From IMG/VR virus record IMGVR_UViG_3300024262_000013: a DNA stretch of 64,000 nucleotides. One strand, 5' to 3'. The DNA comes from a virus. Its lineage: Duplodnaviria > Caudoviricetes. Under the pieces are notes generated by a model. The model saw only the letters and a program-made list of their open reading frames with translations, had not been told where the DNA came from and did not search any database. Position numbers and translations under genes: made by a program. Positions 60,991 to 64,000 of this stretch are shown piece by piece. Numbering within the stretch: the stretch's first letter is position 1; each line of letters begins with the position of its first letter.

Positions 60991-61185
60991 ATGGAAACAA
61001 TAATGACATATTTCGCGACATTTATTGCGGTATTTACATCATTATCAATCATAAGAGTTAGTGTAAACTTTATTAAAGCCCTATTATCCAATCCACCCAA
61101 AAAGTTTGAGATTGGTGTAGGCGCTTTAATTTATTACGGACTTTCTCTATCTTATTTAATAACATTAATAATCGCAAACATATGA
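60991..61185 (+). CDS. small membrane protein
   Basis: Two hydrophobic helices around LSNPPKK. Confidence 0.6.
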   Translation: METIMTYFATFIAVFTSLSIIRVSVNFIKALLSNPPKKFEIGVGALIYYGLSLSYLITLIIANI

Positions 61186-61655
61186 GTACATATTATAATT
61201 TTTTAAGTAAAGTTCATAATTATTTAAAAATGGTTAGAGTATTAAATACTCACGTTAGTTACGACTTATTATTTTCAAATAAATGGGTTCTTCCCCGTAA
61301 TATGGGTAAGGGTATTGAAGTGGTAAAAAACGGCAGTGAGGGTGATAAGATATCCTTATCATTTGTATGTTTAATTAATGAGACCTCAGTCAATCAAATT
61401 GAGGGAGTGATTGATAACATAGTTAAATCTAATTTAGAGAGAGAAGAAAAGGACAAATTATTCAGAAATAAAGTTCATGAGTTAAAAGGGATATTTGAGA
61501 AAGAAACTTTAGAAGACTTAAAAAATCTTAAATTCGATGTTGATGAACTAAATAGTATTATAAATTCAAATGGAAAAGAAAGTGACCAATCAGGGGTTGG
61601 AGAAGGAGTTAAATCTACTGAGACTGGACAAGAAGAAGTCGGAAAGACAAGTTGA
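61182..61655 (+). CDS. hypothetical protein
   Basis: 157 aa, ATGA-coupled. Confidence 0.65.
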   Translation: MSTYYNFLSKVHNYLKMVRVLNTHVSYDLLFSNKWVLPRNMGKGIEVVKNGSEGDKISLSFVCLINETSVNQIEGVIDNIVKSNLEREEKDKLFRNKVHELKGIFEKETLEDLKNLKFDVDELNSIINSNGKESDQSGVGEGVKSTETGQEEVGKTS

Positions 61656-61782
61656 AACATTTAAAAATTCTTTTATTAGAGATATTAAATCTTTTGAAAA
61701 GAAAAGTGTGTCAAATACTATATTTACAGAAAAAACCTACACATTATGGGAGAGGATAAAGAAAGTTTTAGGGACGAACTAA
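61570..61782 (+). CDS. hypothetical protein
   Basis: 70 aa; overlaps both neighbours; ends TLWERIKKVLG. Confidence 0.45.
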   Translation: MEKKVTNQGLEKELNLLRLDKKKSERQVETFKNSFIRDIKSFEKKSVSNTIFTEKTYTLWERIKKVLGTN

Positions 61783-61973
61783 CTATTTTAGCAAAAATAT
61801 CTAATGATATTGATTCGTCAATACTATCTAAGGGTGATGTTAAGATTATAGTCGAGTTAAAGCAAAAAGAGTATAATGATATTATTGGGAACTTTGCGGA
61901 CATTTATAAAAGTAGTGAAGAATTTCTAATTGAAATATCCGGAGTTAAATTTACTTTCGTTTTGAAAAAGTAG
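61746..61973 (+). CDS. hypothetical protein
   Basis: 75 aa. Confidence 0.55.
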   Translation: MGEDKESFRDELTILAKISNDIDSSILSKGDVKIIVELKQKEYNDIIGNFADIYKSSEEFLIEISGVKFTFVLKK

Positions 61974-62595
61974 TTGTTTGACGATATAATTTTTGTTTAT
62001 TAAATCCATTTTCCACTAATAAATTATACATCCATTTTCTATGTGTTGTTGAAATATCTTTAACAAATATAGCATCATTTCTACCATTTTCTCTAAAGTT
62101 ACTCTCCATAGTCTCAAGCAATCTATGTGAGTCATCAATATTCTTTAAACTAAAAACATAAAATTTATCATTATTCTGTATAATTAATTTATTATGGAGT
62201 GTTGATATGCTTTTCATTTCTTTTTTAACACAATATTTACTCACCAAGTCATCAAAATTAATACGGTCATTTGTTGACCAATCAAAAATTTTCTCTTCAA
62301 TACTATAAGACTCTACTCGTTTTATTACGTAGTCAGTTTCTGAAGAAATAAATACTTTTTCATTTCGACCTAATTCATCTTCTTGGAATAGAGGTATCTG
62401 ATAGGATTCTTGGTTACTTAATAATGCTATTTCATAAATAGATTTTTCAGCATTCTCATATTGTACTTCAAAAGGGTTATCGTTTTTTTTAATTAACGAG
62501 TTAAATTTATTAATTGCGCGTTTCTCTGACTGATAACCTTTGATTATCTTTTTCTTTTTCTTATTCTTAAACAATACAATTATATAATTCTCCAT
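61951..62595 (-). CDS. hypothetical protein
   Basis: 214 aa; start codon interlocked with the dnaJ start (CATG). Confidence 0.7.
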   Translation of the reverse strand: MENYIIVLFKNKKKKKIIKGYQSEKRAINKFNSLIKKNDNPFEVQYENAEKSIYEIALLSNQESYQIPLFQEDELGRNEKVFISSETDYVIKRVESYSIEEKIFDWSTNDRINFDDLVSKYCVKKEMKSISTLHNKLIIQNNDKFYVFSLKNIDDSHRLLETMESNFRENGRNDAIFVKDISTTHRKWMYNLLVENGFNKQKLYRQTTTFSKRK

Positions 62596-63544
62596 GAATG
62601 ACTACTATCAAATTTTAAACATTAAAAAGGACGCATCTCAAGACGAGATTAAAAAAGCGTACAGAAAACTAAGTAAACAATATCACCCAGATGTAAACCC
62701 TCAAGGGGAAGATAAATTTAAATCCATCGCTGAAGCGTACGATACGTTAGGTAATGAGGAGAAACGAAAACAGTATGATAATCCAAACCCATTTGGCGGA
62801 AATCCTTTTGATATGTTTAACCATATGGCTAATAATCATAGGGGACAGAGAAGACCTAAAATTAAAGATAAGGTAATGAAGGTTACTTTATCCCCTGAAG
62901 AATCTTTTAAGGGTCTTGACAAAGAACTTACCTATAAATCTAAAGTTTCATGTGAAATGTGTACAGGAACTGGTGGGGATAAGAAAGGGTGTACATCATG
63001 TGCAGGAAGAGGAGTACATAGACAAAAAATGGGTACAGGATTTTTTACTCAAGTTGTTGAATCACAATGTCCAACTTGTCGAGGTACCGGACAAATAGTT
63101 ATTAACCCATGTGTAAACTGTCAGGGAGAGGGAGCCATCGATAAATTTAAAAATATCAAGGTTAATATACCTAAAGGTGTAGATAACGGTGATTTCTTAC
63201 GTGTTAATGGTAAGGGGGACTTTATTAATGGTATACAAGGAGATTTATTAGTCCAAATTAACTTAATCAAGAGTAAGTATGAGAAAGTGGGTAAAGATTT
63301 AGTTTATCAATTATTTTTATCTCCTGTAGAAATGATAACTAATAAAACTTTTGTTGTTCCACACCCTGAAGGTGAATTACAAATAAATTTACCATCAAAC
63401 TTAAGTACTGAAAAACCATTAAGGTTAAAATCTAAAGGATTTGTTACTCAAAATGGTATTGGAGACTTTTATGTTAAAGTGGGTGTAATTAATAAAGAAG
63501 TGACTGAAGAGGATAAATCTAAGTTAGAAAAATTTCTAAAATAA
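62594..63544 (+). CDS. dnaJ: DnaJ chaperone (J domain, short G/F region, 4 CxxCxGxG, C-terminal domain)
   Basis: [51 protein letters not shown]. Confidence 0.92.
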   Translation: MNDYYQILNIKKDASQDEIKKAYRKLSKQYHPDVNPQGEDKFKSIAEAYDTLGNEEKRKQYDNPNPFGGNPFDMFNHMANNHRGQRRPKIKDKVMKVTLSPEESFKGLDKELTYKSKVSCEMCTGTGGDKKGCTSCAGRGVHRQKMGTGFFTQVVESQCPTCRGTGQIVINPCVNCQGEGAIDKFKNIKVNIPKGVDNGDFLRVNGKGDFINGIQGDLLVQINLIKSKYEKVGKDLVYQLFLSPVEMITNKTFVVPHPEGELQINLPSNLSTEKPLRLKSKGFVTQNGIGDFYVKVGVINKEVTEEDKSKLEKFLK

Positions 63545-63712
63545 ATTTACTAATAATTTAACTAGTTCAATGGTACCATATATACTTGTACCTAACATAT
63601 AGATAGAAAACCCTACTATAAATTTTTGACCCACATTAAGTCCATTAGTACATGACTTACAGTCCTTTTTTTCACTTATTTCGGTTGAGTTAACTTGATA
63701 TTCTTTTGACAT
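63536..63712 (-). CDS. small CxxC + TM protein (58 aa, not in ORF track)
   Basis: [58 protein letters not shown]. Confidence 0.6.
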   Translation of the reverse strand: MSKEYQVNSTEISEKKDCKSCTNGLNVGQKFIVGFSIYMLGTSIYGTIELVKLLVNLF

Positions 63713-63794
63713 AATATTATTTTAGATACTTTAATTTAGTTTAAATAAATACCAATGTAAATCATAAAATAAGTAAGAATTGATATTATTAGTA

Positions 63795-63802
63795 TATTTA
63801 TA
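63795..63802 (+). promoter_or_regulatory. putative late promoter TATTTATA
   Basis: 14 nt upstream of ATG 63817. Confidence 0.5.
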
Positions 63803-63816
63803 ATAAAAAAATTATC

Positions 63817-64000
63817 ATGGAAAAAGTTTTACATTTTATTAAAAAAGTATATGGTACTATCAAATCATGGATAGTATTAAACGGTATTGAAGGTATTGTA
63901 GGATTAATTGCGGGTTTATTATTATGGTTATTTGGTTTTAAAATTTATGCGGGTTTTGCTTTTGGTGTGTTCGCAACTGTAAATTGGAATTTATTTAAAA
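63817..64000 (+). CDS. membrane protein, 3'-truncated
   Basis: MEKVLHFIKKVYGTIKSWIVLNGIEGIVGLIAGLLLWLFGF...; TATTTATA 14 nt upstream; open to the window end. Confidence 0.6.
   Translation, partial: MEKVLHFIKKVYGTIKSWIVLNGIEGIVGLIAGLLLWLFGFKIYAGFAFGVFATVNWNLFK

Noticed and set aside
1-64000. Stop-codon reassignment, tRNA/rRNA genes, integrase or transposase
   Set aside because: Genes are full-length in the standard code and end in TAA, TAG and TGA; intergenic gaps are short with no cloverleaf seen; no mobile-element enzyme motifs were recognised.

Overview
AT-rich, densely coding window from a large tailed-phage genome (jumbo, myovirus-like), most likely infecting Bacteroidota. Host evidence: TTTG-19/20nt-TAnnTTTG promoters, a Bacteroidota-type sigma70, an Hc1-like histone, SprB-like repeats and A-rich, SD-poor start regions. 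Layout: (1) 1-16.9 kb and 23.9-35.0 kb hold a baseplate/tail/fibre module with giant Thr/Pro mucin-like, Cys-rich and SprB/VWA-containing proteins; one starts with a degenerate Hint domain. (2) 17.2-23.9 kb is a coupled operon inserted into that module: GT60-like GlcNAc transferase, carbamoyltransferase, HtrL-type GT, methyltransferase and an FkbM-HtrL-GT fusion. (3) 35-51 kb is replication/recombination/metabolism: RuvC-like resolvase, primase, PD-(D/E)XK nuclease, two PLOD-like 2OG-Fe(II) oxygenases, cysteine synthase, SbcD/SbcC, mini-CorA, RmlB, dCMP deaminase, HAD phosphatase, epimerase, plus a cassette bounded by 42-bp direct repeats. (4) 51-64 kb holds the sigma factor, putative lysis genes, head-interior proteins, Hc1 and DnaJ. 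Leading hypothesis: a phage-encoded, mucin-type protein O-glycosylation system that decorates Thr/Pro-repeat virion appendages. All family assignments come from motif recognition by eye; no database search was run. No tRNA, rRNA or CRISPR array was seen.
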